Part shown: in pieces, positions 43,801 through 52,353 of the stretch
Layout of the letters: every line of letters starts with the position of its first letter
How positions within the stretch are numbered: the stretch's first letter is position 1
IMG/VR virus record: IMGVR_UViG_3300018875_000004
Location: 32,184 to 96,183 of that record
From: a virus
Length of the DNA stretch: 64,000 bases
Strand: one strand, 5' to 3'
Notes under the pieces: model-generated
The model's database searches: none
What the model was told of the DNA's origin: nothing
The model's input: only the letters and a program-made list of their open reading frames with translations
Program-made: the position numbers and the translations under genes

Positions 43801-46274
43801 AAGTCATCATCCGCGATTCCGCTGGAGTCGCCTGGGATCGGCTTGTAATCGAACTCGGCCTCATAGCTCTTGTAAGAGTAATACTTCTTCGCCACAACGC
43901 CGCTGAACCGGCTCAGGTTGTAGGTGTCGTATACGAATCCATTGCCAAGGCGCCAGGATAGTGCCGTACCGCTACCGATATAATCGCCTTTGTCTCCACC
44001 GGAGACGAACAGACTCTTCACATCGCCCTCGTCGTTTTGCTGAACGTTGGCTTTCCAGTTGACTGCGTACTGCAGCTCTTTCTTGTTGACCTGTCCGGTG
44101 ACGGACATCTCTACCTCATAATCTTTTTTCGTCTCCAGCTTGCGCTCCTCTTTGATCGAGAACTCAAACTTCTTCGCCGGATACGCATCGATGTCCACTT
44201 GGAACGGCGATTCGTTATACGTAACATACAAGTCGCCCTTGTACTGGACGCTGTACTGGAAGTTCAATTCTGGATAGATCATGATTGAGTGTTTCTTCTT
44301 CCCGCGCAGACGGGCTGCATACTGGAATGCTTGGACGATGTTTTCCGATTGCGGCTTCTTCACCTGCAGGTCATCCTGATCTCCGATGCCAGAATGAAAT
44401 GCGTAGTTCGGGTCTTCCTCTCCGCTGGTGCGGGTATACATGCTGGTCAGCATACCAGGGCTCTCAATATAGTTCGGATGCTTCTGAATGTCGTCCCACT
44501 GCTCCGGCGAATCCTCAGTAGGAATGTAAATCGAATCATCGGATGTATCGATGCTCATCGTCTGCATGCGCAGCTCAGAGACCTCGACATACAATTGCTG
44601 CTGCAGGTTTCCTGCTTTGCAGGTAATCGTCGCATTGCCGTTTGCGATCGCTTCGAAGGAAAGCTTCCCTTCTTGCTCCATAATGCTCAGGCAGCCGGTC
44701 TGCTGAATATCCCAGCTGATCGCCCGCACCCGGCCGTCATCGTTAACGATCGTTGGATAGATGGTCTTCTTTTCGCCAGGCATCATTAGGACGCTTTGCT
44801 CAGACAAGTGAAGGATCGGTTGCGTCTGTCCAACGATGTTGACGACCGCTTCGGCTTCGTTATCGTAGACCGCTGCTTTGATTTTTACCTGACCCGTTCC
44901 ATACCCGCCAATCGTAATCGACCGTCCGGTAGTGACCGGCATCTGAATGAACTCGGCGCCTTCCACGATCGACCATTCAATCTGCGTATCGTCATGCTCC
45001 ATCCCAGGAGACGTGTTCTCGTAATGGACCGCAAGCGCCAGGCTATCGCCCTGAACGGCGGTTACTTCTTCTGGCTGAATATGGAATCGATACAGATGCT
45101 TGGCGTAGACCGGCAGCTTCATCCATGCAAGGTGCTGCTCTCCACTCTTGCTGATTGCGGTCAGCTGCAGTTCTGTGATGCCTGCCATAAACGGCGTAAC
45201 CCGGAACGTGGATTGATCGATGCGTTCTACGGTTGCACTGCTTGTTTCGGCATGAATGATATCCAGATTGAAGGCTGTACCATTGGTATACTCCGGCATA
45301 GCATGGACTTCGAATGCTTGCCCGACATATAGCTGCTCGGCATTCAGGGATGTGCTGATTTTAACCTCCGGACGTTTGACCGTGATCGGGGTTTCAGCAA
45401 CCACACTGCCTGCATACATCAGGCGAACCTCCGTCTGTCCTTCTTTCAATCCTTCAAAGATGATGCGATCAACCTCGATGGAGACGGCTTTCGCCACCTT
45501 CGGGTCAGCGACAATCGCCTGAATCAGTTCGGACTGTACACCCAGCGGGCCTGCATCCACGATGCCGATCGTCACCGGCGTCTGTGTCTTCTCAGTCAGA
45601 ACAATGTGGTCTGCGCTCATCTCGCCGCCGCTGTAATCAATTGCTGGCGCTTCGAAGCCATACACCTTGATAACTTCAACCGGGAGATCAACGCCCAGGA
45701 ACGAGAAGTTCTCAGTAGACAGGAACATAATCACATTCTCTTTGTTGCTGACGACTTCCATGGACAGAATGTCGTAGCTGACCGGAAACTCAATCTCGCT
45801 GTTTCGCTCGATGATTTCCTGCAGATCGGATCGACTGATAGTCATTGCGGTTTCTTCTGTGCCATTGACAGTCGTGTCAATCTGACTGGATGTAATCCAG
45901 CGGGTTTCGACATCGATTGGCTGCGGCGCTGTTCCCTCATACCAAGCATAAACCGGTTCGCTGCCATCTTCCTTGCTCACAGCCACGATGAAGGAATCCC
46001 GGCTCATAATGAAGTACTCTTCGACGATCGTTCCGTCTTCCAGCTTGGCCACTTCTTCTGCCGCCAGCTCTTTCACAGTTTCCGTTGTAACCATGGTTTT
46101 CTCATCGTAGTTTACGTTTCGATATCCGACAAACGATTTTCCTTCGTATGCCTTGTGGTTGTAAGGGCTACCGTCTGGGCGGATCACGCTCGCATAGATG
46201 GCGAACTCAAATGGATGGTTCCATGCCGGAATGATCGTTGCTTTGATTTTGTAATCGAAATTAATGATAGCCAT
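37857..46274 (-). CDS. 2805-aa giant structural/adhesin protein: Ig-like repeats, two thrombospondin-C-like domains, split PA14, PPC-like and invasin-type Ig C-terminus
   Basis: ADDDLIGLIF and GDDDMYGAIF; PA14 pieces GLLGTYY / RVDPFINFNWG / FAINWKGSIYAPVSGTYTFYATADDGFRLWID; DKYNNPI..TNRAGE Ig repeats. Confidence 0.8.
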   Translation of the reverse strand: MAIINFDYKIKATIIPAWNHPFEFAIYASVIRPDGSPYNHKAYEGKSFVGYRNVNYDEKTMVTTETVKELAAEEVAKLEDGTIVEEYFIMSRDSFIVAVSKEDGSEPVYAWYEGTAPQPIDVETRWITSSQIDTTVNGTEETAMTISRSDLQEIIERNSEIEFPVSYDILSMEVVSNKENVIMFLSTENFSFLGVDLPVEVIKVYGFEAPAIDYSGGEMSADHIVLTEKTQTPVTIGIVDAGPLGVQSELIQAIVADPKVAKAVSIEVDRIIFEGLKEGQTEVRLMYAGSVVAETPITVKRPEVKISTSLNAEQLYVGQAFEVHAMPEYTNGTAFNLDIIHAETSSATVERIDQSTFRVTPFMAGITELQLTAISKSGEQHLAWMKLPVYAKHLYRFHIQPEEVTAVQGDSLALAVHYENTSPGMEHDDTQIEWSIVEGAEFIQMPVTTGRSITIGGYGTGQVKIKAAVYDNEAEAVVNIVGQTQPILHLSEQSVLMMPGEKKTIYPTIVNDDGRVRAISWDIQQTGCLSIMEQEGKLSFEAIANGNATITCKAGNLQQQLYVEVSELRMQTMSIDTSDDSIYIPTEDSPEQWDDIQKHPNYIESPGMLTSMYTRTSGEEDPNYAFHSGIGDQDDLQVKKPQSENIVQAFQYAARLRGKKKHSIMIYPELNFQYSVQYKGDLYVTYNESPFQVDIDAYPAKKFEFSIKEERKLETKKDYEVEMSVTGQVNKKELQYAVNWKANVQQNDEGDVKSLFVSGGDKGDYIGSGTALSWRLGNGFVYDTYNLSRFSGVVAKKYYSYKSYEAEFDYKPIPGDSSGIADDDLIGLIFKAKDTRNFYMMLIENQERAKNSNRAGDNLDGFNIYTGTPEQWDALSVRGATYSSNETQWRIYSQSMGWKTQHRRIYKVTNGVMKRVNVTDLGGGNGWDFNVKQSMMVRSMGKHVELYVRHNLTDNYTKIFEFDAEWEQGSFGMCNISQAVQFHGIRVREWKEIEGRVPETGYDSYSGIGTKTISSSGKEYVKSKVIAKLSSPSQKYEITEVSGEVTDSSAGSITATVTGAVVVKSNNPANAGEPITAKFTKSGQINITPDNFDLNSAAEVYTNAKEFFKTELAKFKSDHPEMSASSVVPTFTLVKPDPSDAEKDFTQERLLMWESEPEIATIQKDYEHNVFAYEGWVVGQPLTDFVGGKWATYTLTFHDNAGTVNPKYDAWKWQTSGAVNVHHDPSDVLMLKTTEWYKGTFPADIHNEGIVNSEEDSYVEIPPNHEHYIEPYLNTPMPAVYDNVHYLLYKEPIGKQTFTWMYWESQPGVTTRSGSLPVNQLTGKPIIKTDRQNDRVVVKCDEDPRYIPYVTGKEIGYGKVNGKRPFFGDSAGRASMVGVPTDTVYMPDNMVNITGPYIEVSDDRVNYAVDAGTKTVSFSSDFKDAYVWYTDWYTNWQQDDRGFHADLQTTTVISDPVAINPDDQDDYDENVSIETVEVISDNPFVSVWTEQADGSSSGLLGTYYRYPQETENILEKFVVGGSFQLKEQVFTIDEAVTAVNRPGLPATETFIPGSAPVKGTIEALVESEVTTVYVPSGKPILKIASNFMIDTGNKYPDLLVTAPNGEQFGIKYMNGTWSAAGATVADRLSCRQYTYAADTGHAEVMTFTLPIEGTWKISVFNQGQVPTTYMVTTNIASDVRKTLTLSYIPDPDSVVVKVNGTAITGFAMSGKDLIITAPIVNEDVIQVNYNAGGQKINELPMQTDFPMYDVPPYKVLSVSKNDVEIPESTANGYFIDGQTFKIRGSYVTPGVIRIKYGVGEIDNTFDLANDPQLSPEVYLNGAKLDETKYSLNGRELTIDKGLLMPKDWVHVQSYRVTKRFDPRKDNYLGEVKMQRVDPFINFNWGTQSPFTESLTASPFTMMAAIPDQIHFDLNVEMEISYPSSEVIDTSNFTGVWSKFDENVGVDVGDWHGPPEPGYDKVTDLANQSYRSGWYNPAHVDMADYAFEFKVQEINSGDDDMYGAIFRFNPTTKNFYSFEWDANGMDTKGMAIYRNICTNPSQYGTALLTYNKVKLAHLPENWQFGASQINKIKVRVVGQSIKVWTNDVLKFDIVDSAPDALIAGAWGPVTMSQPKTYFWDFSVSKILKETIRKPMSGDKTKSLTETVRTEEMMANDARMIDFFSSELAGFLSAHGFQRSDVSLQYFIKSDRSDYPAHFTTGGVATSSDDAKVAATVLTKPTSTPQQPAWLDYREVNRGYLSPDSSVDVYSPDQPEPYIDPIQPVDEGSPNDGFAINWKGSIYAPVSGTYTFYATADDGFRLWIDKKMIIDKWELQNGITSSGSIDLQGGKWYDFNANYFENEEAASIKLEWSNPATSRVMISPDFFTPRLGYKVNARVKEATPLPWSPMIHNGYYYFKDKEHYLYADKVRHVKTPVDHQLLVQPRPQQGAPLIVRDNEGNLLRKTAFYEEVFNEDGQLIDIQQTLTFKEELTGNGYSKYFLTYRGIDKDSLVVKLNGVTISADKYVFDPEKSSVQFMNNVGNHDIMNFEYSLMYSYFVDYNHDPDNDVAKIVLHPNYDPQKMTDMEIIYEGDAYSPYYRAKEIALNPILTHNHKGFLYLTNKILDTPKSVEISVSPKTLASDGLGKVLLTGKVLDKYNNPIQNKAVDVYRDGNLIYSGPTNRAGEVYVYDKPVPRADMISNYQIICEDLNNQALLNFYAPNVQDRYYLELKTSKAAIQAGKDDQATIYITLRNENWENIAGEQVTIACRNTKGETTTSQAITNSYGQVEFTLSAVDEQQGNIVITASYQMSGETASSFIYLKVIGA

Positions 46275-47716
46275 TAATACTTCTCCTTCGCTAAGTCCAG
46301 CTTGAACGTATAATCATTCCAGACCTTAATATCTGAATCCCAGATGTTCGGCAGATATCCGATGCCGGTCAGATCTTTGCTGATCGTATCCCAGTATCCT
46401 TCATCCCAGTTGAACTTGCCCCACATAACCGGCGCCACCTCATTGATGTAGTTCACCCAGTTAACCAGTTTGTCGGTCGCCTGGCCGTCTTCACCAAACA
46501 TCATTTTGTACAACTCTTCATCTTCTTTATTGTGCAGCTCATGCTTGAAGATGTCTTTAATGATCGAGACAGTGTGCTGCTTGCCTTCGCGGAACGCCTG
46601 AATCATGATGTTGCCGAAGCGATCGACTGCATACATATTCGGCTCAATCTTCTGGCCATCGATTCGGATCGTCCGAGGATCAAGCCCACTGCCTTTGATA
46701 TATAAATTTTTCGTATCATCTTTCCATGTGGCTCGTTTGATTAGATCCAGCTCTCGACCCAGGGCGTGGGTTAGCCCCAGTTCGCTGCTGTTGGCCGGAT
46801 AGCGAAACGCGTCTTTGATGCGCTCTCGGTACCGGGCGTTGCCTTCCAGCGGCAGCCGCTTCACCCCGACAAGCAAACCGAACTCATCGAACGGATTCCA
46901 GACGAGATGCGGCGCTGGCGTGGTGCGAAATCCCTGCCGATTATCGATGTTCTGCACGACGCCCAAGATGGTATCGTATCGCTTGATCGAATACATCGCC
47001 CGGGATTGATAATCGATCAGTACACCCTTCTGCTCCATGTTCAGGAAGAACTCTTTCAGCGTGCTGAGGATAGGTACCTCTTTACGAAGGCTCGGGTCCT
47101 CCTGGTCGTAGATCGTCAGCTCGTCTGATGCAGATATCTGTGGGATCGGATAAATCCAAACCCAGTCCATCATCTTCTCATCCAGCGTATCGATAAACCG
47201 TTGCCGGCGCAGATCGCGCAGGTCAGACATGGCCTTCTCAAACTGCATCCCGAAGTAGTTCAGGAACTTCTGGCCAAGACTGTTTTTCTGCCGGCGCAGC
47301 GTGGTCCACGTTGGGAACTCATCCGCCATGTACTGTGTATATTCTGAATAGTAGTATTCGTTAAGGAATAAGCCGATGATCAGATTCTTACCCGCGAGTG
47401 TCGCCTTCAAGATGCGCTGGTTCTGGTCGCAGTCTGTCTTGACTGGTCGCCAGTTGCTGATACCATCGTGGAAGCAGATCACCGCATGAGCTGCGTCTGA
47501 ATCGCTCAGGCGATTGGAATACGGAATTGTGACTTGCACATCCTCTCCGCTCTCCGAGGTGATCCGATACTGGAGCGGCGTCTTTTCAAAGGAAGCATAG
47601 TCCCGTTCTTCCGTAAACACATTGTCGGTCTGAATGTCTTCCAGAACGCTAAGGGCTGCGGAGAAGGGCTTGTTGCTGCCAAACAGGATGCCGTCGATGT
47701 TTAATGTATAATCCAT
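46274..47716 (-). CDS. Baseplate wedge-like protein
   Basis: FDEFGLLVGVKRLPLEGNARYRERI resembles the wedge LD..G..R...E.D..YR.RI motif. Confidence 0.6.
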   Translation of the reverse strand: MDYTLNIDGILFGSNKPFSAALSVLEDIQTDNVFTEERDYASFEKTPLQYRITSESGEDVQVTIPYSNRLSDSDAAHAVICFHDGISNWRPVKTDCDQNQRILKATLAGKNLIIGLFLNEYYYSEYTQYMADEFPTWTTLRRQKNSLGQKFLNYFGMQFEKAMSDLRDLRRQRFIDTLDEKMMDWVWIYPIPQISASDELTIYDQEDPSLRKEVPILSTLKEFFLNMEQKGVLIDYQSRAMYSIKRYDTILGVVQNIDNRQGFRTTPAPHLVWNPFDEFGLLVGVKRLPLEGNARYRERIKDAFRYPANSSELGLTHALGRELDLIKRATWKDDTKNLYIKGSGLDPRTIRIDGQKIEPNMYAVDRFGNIMIQAFREGKQHTVSIIKDIFKHELHNKEDEELYKMMFGEDGQATDKLVNWVNYINEVAPVMWGKFNWDEGYWDTISKDLTGIGYLPNIWDSDIKVWNDYTFKLDLAKEKY

Positions 47717-47733
47717 ATCGTCTCTCCTTTCTT

Positions 47734-47760
47734 TGTAATGCGTTACATTAATACATTATA
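47734..47760 (-). promoter_or_regulatory. TATAAT -10 box followed by the palindromic operator (TGTAATGCGTTACA on +)
   Basis: Minus strand GCTATATAATGTATTAATGTAACGCATTACA, then an AAAGGAG RBS; no good -35 box. Confidence 0.65.
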
Positions 47761-47800
47761 TAGCCTGTTTACATATAAAGAAAGAGTGCATAGCGAATTG

Positions 47801-48301
47801 CTACACACTCTTTGCAAGGGTATTTTTGATCTGAACAATGTAGGGTGATTTTAGAATATCCACCGGTGTTACATCTTCATCTTCCAGCTGTGGCACCAGG
47901 TTTATTCCGATCGCAGCATAAGCGGCGTCAATCACTTCGGAGCAAATGTACCGGTTCTTGTCATTCAGGGAGACTTCCCATTTCAGGAACCGGCGCAGAA
48001 CGATTTCGATAATGCGCAGCCAATCATATCCCTTTGTGGTTTTGCATTTCTCCTGCAGGAATGTTTGCATCTTCAGCTTCTCTGCTGCAGTCAGGCCGGT
48101 GTTCATCCGATACAGGTCGTAATCGGTATATGGGTTGCTGACGATCCGCATACGCTTGAAGGCATCGATCTCACAGATATGATTCTTTCCGACAGCGATA
48201 GCAACGTGAGAAAACTCCGAATGGAGTATTTCCTTGATAACGGGAGACACGATAAACGTATCTCCTCGCACCATTAGGATATCACCGACTTCGAAGTTCA
48301 T
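47801..48301 (-). CDS. Permuted papain-like NlpC/P60 amidase (YiiX/YaeF family)
   Basis: GDIL..FSHVAI..YDW..YICSEVI..AY, with His before Cys. Confidence 0.85.
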   Translation of the reverse strand: MNFEVGDILMVRGDTFIVSPVIKEILHSEFSHVAIAVGKNHICEIDAFKRMRIVSNPYTDYDLYRMNTGLTAAEKLKMQTFLQEKCKTTKGYDWLRIIEIVLRRFLKWEVSLNDKNRYICSEVIDAAYAAIGINLVPQLEDEDVTPVDILKSPYIVQIKNTLAKSV

Positions 48302-48753
48302 TATACTTCTCCGATGGTGTTCTTTTTCCGATTGATGTGTTCTGCGCGGTTCTGCAGGAACTCAGCCGATTTGACTTGAGCATAGCCCATGTAATCAAAC
48401 AGCCAGTCCTGTTTCGGCGTAGTGCCGTCCGTGATCTGATGATTGCCCAGGATTACCTTCAACGCGTCTTCAACTTCTTGATCTTCTGCTGTCAGACTCA
48501 TGCCGGACAGCTTCTTGTTGGCGATACGCATGAATCCAAACAGGATGAACTCCAGGGCGGATGTTCCTTGGTTCGGCTCAATCTTCTCGGAAGACATCTC
48601 GAACAACACGTTGGATACGGCGGTTTTCTCATCTTCGGACAGTGTGGCGTATACTTCTGGATTCATTTCGCCGGTTTCAATCTGCCGGCGAATATCCTCC
48701 TCGCGTTTTACTTCGTCAGTTACCAGTGTGAATCGCTCTCTTGCCATAATCAA
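48301..48753 (-). CDS. Hypothetical protein, possible fibre chaperone
   Basis: Helical 150-aa ORF at the end of the RBP cluster; AAGGAG RBS. Confidence 0.6.
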   Translation of the reverse strand: MIMARERFTLVTDEVKREEDIRRQIETGEMNPEVYATLSEDEKTAVSNVLFEMSSEKIEPNQGTSALEFILFGFMRIANKKLSGMSLTAEDQEVEDALKVILGNHQITDGTTPKQDWLFDYMGYAQVKSAEFLQNRAEHINRKKNTIGEV

Positions 48754-48762
48754 TCGTCTCCT

Positions 48763-49941
48763 TTAGGACCAGGTAAGTCCGTAGTTTAATAGTTCTGATT
48801 TGTCCGGCATTTCAATTCGCGTCCGGATCTTCGTCCCAGCAGGTGTGCTTCCGCTGAAGTAAAACAGTTCGCCCGGAGTGATGGGCTCCCACGTTGTGCC
48901 ATCATCTCGGGAGATGAAGTATCTGCCAACCTGAATCTCACCTGTGGTCACAGAAGCCATATATTCCTCCGTGACAAGGATAGCCTTGCTCGGAACTGCG
49001 TCAGCGGTTTCTGTTGTGCTTGTAATGATAGCCGCAGGATTGTCTACCGGATTGAGTCCTCTGGCCACATACAGATAATCATAGGTGTTGTTGTAGTAGC
49101 GGGACTGGATATCAAAGTATGCCGAAGCGCCGCCATATCCCTGAGAAAGGTTTGTGTCCTTAACGATCTGGCTTCCATTCAACCAGATATTTGCCACTCC
49201 TAGATTGTTGGAGACGACAAGTTCGAAAGGTTTAGTGGCATCAAAGCTGCCGGCCGGAAGCAATGTGAGGTCGTTTCCTCGCATAACAGACCCATCTGGA
49301 TTTATTTTAATCCTGAAGAATTTCCCTTTGTTTGCTCCGCCTGATACAATAAGCAGCTCAAGGAATCCTGATGGTTGTCCCAGTGTTCTTAGCTTAACGG
49401 TTATGGCAGGATCTGCCCCAAAGGTTTGGGTAAGATGTGCGTTTGATGTCGTCCAGGAAGTGGTAGTCGTTACGGTGGCTGTGCCATCCGCATTAAGTGT
49501 CGTTCTTGCGTCTTTGGTATTAATCCCAGCGGCTGTTGGGTCCACGTCCCCATTCCATTTAATTGTCCATGGTGTGATCCCGGCAAGCTGAGGTGTTACT
49601 TTACCGAGAGCTGTGTCCAGGGTGTAGTTGCTGCTCTGCGCCGTGTCGATCCCGGAGCCATCGAGGAAGTCCTCAAAGATCATGTTCGCCAGCTTGTACC
49701 GCTTAGACTTGGCAATCACATTCAGTCTGGCATTGGCCTTGATGATGTTGACCGCATCCTTGACGATCACGCTGTCAGCCATCTTGACTACGCCTTGAAT
49801 ATATTTTTCTGCCAGATCAATTCGCTCCTTCAGGTTGTGAGCTTGCCCCTCAATACCCGATCCAAGCGTTGTATTGCGAATTTTCTTTTGTTCCGAGACT
49901 GCCTTATTGGCAGTCCCGTAGCTGATAACATCCATGCTCAT
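48763..49941 (-). CDS. Receptor-binding/fibre module protein (MDVIS type) with a lectin-like insert
   Basis: MDVIS N-terminus, KRYKLANMIFEDF module, SRDDGTTW..LTWS C-terminal module. Confidence 0.7.
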   Translation of the reverse strand: MSMDVISYGTANKAVSEQKKIRNTTLGSGIEGQAHNLKERIDLAEKYIQGVVKMADSVIVKDAVNIIKANARLNVIAKSKRYKLANMIFEDFLDGSGIDTAQSSNYTLDTALGKVTPQLAGITPWTIKWNGDVDPTAAGINTKDARTTLNADGTATVTTTTSWTTSNAHLTQTFGADPAITVKLRTLGQPSGFLELLIVSGGANKGKFFRIKINPDGSVMRGNDLTLLPAGSFDATKPFELVVSNNLGVANIWLNGSQIVKDTNLSQGYGGASAYFDIQSRYYNNTYDYLYVARGLNPVDNPAAIITSTTETADAVPSKAILVTEEYMASVTTGEIQVGRYFISRDDGTTWEPITPGELFYFSGSTPAGTKIRTRIEMPDKSELLNYGLTWS

Positions 49942-49953
49942 TTCAAATCCTCC

Positions 49954-52353
49954 TTATGCCCAGGAATAAGACAAGCCTTGCAGGTCCTGTTCCTCTGACA
50001 AGATCACTTTAATACGAATGCTTTTGCCGGCTGGCAGGCTGCTGATATTGGTCAGCGTATCTGGGTTGATTTCTTTCCAGCTTGCGCCGTCGTCTCGGCT
50101 GACGAAGTACTTCGGACCCAGTGGGTTAAGCACATCAAACACGATCCCAATATTCTCGATATACGGCGTCAGATCGTAAGATCTCTCCCAGACACTGAGC
50201 TGATCTGCGATTACCATGTCCGTGCTGGTTTCGAGGTTCAGGTAGAATCCGAACCGGGCCTTTTTATTCGGGAACAATGCTTCCAGTTCTTGCCGGCTTA
50301 GATTATTTAACTCCTCAATACTCCAGCCGTTTGCCTTGACGGAAGCTGCATCGTTAACGTCCACCAGCTGCTTGCCCTTCCACGTTACACCGCTATCCCC
50401 ACTTGCAATGATGCGCAAGTCTTCTCCGCCAGCCTTCTCCATGAAGAACATCTCGATCTCCTGCGCTCCAATAGGGCCAGCTTTTGCATCAATAATATAC
50501 AGCCTAATGTATTTGTAAGGCAATACATTTTCGAAATAGTAGGTCTCTTTTGCGGCCTTCGTTTGAGTTGCTTGCTGTATTGTTACGAAGTTGATTCCGT
50601 CATTAGACCCTTCGAGTCTCCAGTTGCCGATGCGTGGGGTTTTGTCCATGCCTGCCCAACCAGTGGACGTAATCGTTGGAAGAATGCTGATCCCTCTGAC
50701 GACCTTTTGGTTCGGCAGTTCAATCATAATCCAGGCATTAGCATTAACTGTCGTACTCCAGGAAAGCGCATCATCCCCAAACACAGTATAGGCAGCGAGG
50801 TTATAATCGCTTGAAGATACGTTGTAACCCTGATCGTGATTTGAAGCAAGTGTCGGTATAGAGTCTACATCAGATATAACGGAGCCGCTGGTTCCGAGAA
50901 GAGAAATACGCTCAACCTCATCAAATTGAGTATCGGCTGTCTGAAGAATAACCTTTTCCCGTGGGACTGCAGTCGTGTAAAATTCCTTCTCTGGATTTCC
51001 AGATTCCTCCGTCCAGACCAGCATTTCTGGAGTATCCGATATCAACTCGTATATCTTCGCATTATCCATGAGGCTGTAGTCGCCAAAGCCGTGCTGATCA
51101 AAGAGGGCTTTTGTAACCGGCGCTTGCCCTACGGTTTTCCATACTGGCTTTGTCTCCTGTTCGTAGAGCTTAAACTCGTTCACGGAAGTATACGCTGACG
51201 TTGCGCTGCCGTATGCGTTATCCGTCCAATTCAGTCTATACTGTTTGAATGTTCCTGGCGAAGATACCATGTATTCAATTTCAGTATTTGCCGTGGTCCA
51301 CAGCTGCCCTGTCTGGGTGTCAAGAACCGTCCAGTTCGTTCCGTCATCCGAACCCTCGAAAGTCCAATCCTTCGGCAGATATTTGAGATTGTTCGTGCCG
51401 GATCGAATCGCATATTTTAAAATCAGCTTCGGCTGCGTAAACTCATATCCGAGATATCCTTTGTTGCCGTCGCCGTTTCTGCTGCAGAACCCCTCCAAAT
51501 CATCTATTTGGTTGAAAGCCTTCCAGGCAGCATACGATCCTGCATACACGGAGCTTGCGAATGCTCGTCCACTTGGAGTATTGTCAGAAGTCATTTGGGC
51601 AGTAGCGACATTCGCCTTTACTCCATTCGGCACATGGACGATTGTTTTAATGTCAGATTCATCCTGCACTAAATACTTATGATCGTACATGAGAAGCGTA
51701 TGCGCGCCATTTGCGTCAACAGCGTCGGAAACGTAGACGTTGTTTTGGATATTGATTGTTGGCCATGCTTCTGCTTCAACTGGGTCTGTTGTATTGTAGG
51801 TTATAGTGGTCGATCCGTCAAAATACTGAAGAAACATTTTAGTATCCGAGATACCCACGTTTCTCACCCACCTGAAAAGCCCGCTGCCTGCGCGGTTGAC
51901 TGCGGTATCCCACTTACCCGCATAGCTGAAGCTAACATCCAGAGCGCTTGCGTAGTTCCCACTAAGCCCGCCGAACTCTTTTGCAGAAACAATAAATACA
52001 TTATAGTTTCTTGTCACGGCACTTCGAGTGCCAGTTGCGGATGCAAACTGCGATACTTCAAGAGGTGTAGTAAGGATAGCCTTTTTAAGCTTGCTGCTTA
52101 GTGTATTGTAAAAGTCGATCTCGCAGTATTTTGAAACTGCGGACTCGTGATAACTCCAAGGAAGAACGCTCGGAACTTCTGCAGTTTGAGAAATCAGTTT
52201 TGCTTTAGTCGTGATGAGCGTTACGGAATCACCAGGATAGTTTGCATGGTTAAAATCGAGGACTTCCCACTCGATCGGATTCCCGGATTCATCCAGGGAA
52301 AAAGGGTCGATGACCCTTGATCCTTTTGGAAGCTCGGTAATTAATTTAGCCAT
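49954..52353 (-). CDS. Receptor-binding protein: CLec/DUF6273-like N-terminus plus two discoidin domains
   Basis: IEWEVLDFNH..WVRN; two W.(F/L)EGS.DG domains; SRDDGASW..SYSWA end. Confidence 0.7.
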   Translation of the reverse strand: MAKLITELPKGSRVIDPFSLDESGNPIEWEVLDFNHANYPGDSVTLITTKAKLISQTAEVPSVLPWSYHESAVSKYCEIDFYNTLSSKLKKAILTTPLEVSQFASATGTRSAVTRNYNVFIVSAKEFGGLSGNYASALDVSFSYAGKWDTAVNRAGSGLFRWVRNVGISDTKMFLQYFDGSTTITYNTTDPVEAEAWPTINIQNNVYVSDAVDANGAHTLLMYDHKYLVQDESDIKTIVHVPNGVKANVATAQMTSDNTPSGRAFASSVYAGSYAAWKAFNQIDDLEGFCSRNGDGNKGYLGYEFTQPKLILKYAIRSGTNNLKYLPKDWTFEGSDDGTNWTVLDTQTGQLWTTANTEIEYMVSSPGTFKQYRLNWTDNAYGSATSAYTSVNEFKLYEQETKPVWKTVGQAPVTKALFDQHGFGDYSLMDNAKIYELISDTPEMLVWTEESGNPEKEFYTTAVPREKVILQTADTQFDEVERISLLGTSGSVISDVDSIPTLASNHDQGYNVSSSDYNLAAYTVFGDDALSWSTTVNANAWIMIELPNQKVVRGISILPTITSTGWAGMDKTPRIGNWRLEGSNDGINFVTIQQATQTKAAKETYYFENVLPYKYIRLYIIDAKAGPIGAQEIEMFFMEKAGGEDLRIIASGDSGVTWKGKQLVDVNDAASVKANGWSIEELNNLSRQELEALFPNKKARFGFYLNLETSTDMVIADQLSVWERSYDLTPYIENIGIVFDVLNPLGPKYFVSRDDGASWKEINPDTLTNISSLPAGKSIRIKVILSEEQDLQGLSYSWA

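Noticed and set aside
21899-46274. Anthrax-like binary toxin (PA14 plus LF-like domain)
   Set aside because: No protective-antigen pore-forming domains or signal peptides. Both domains are embedded in structural proteins.
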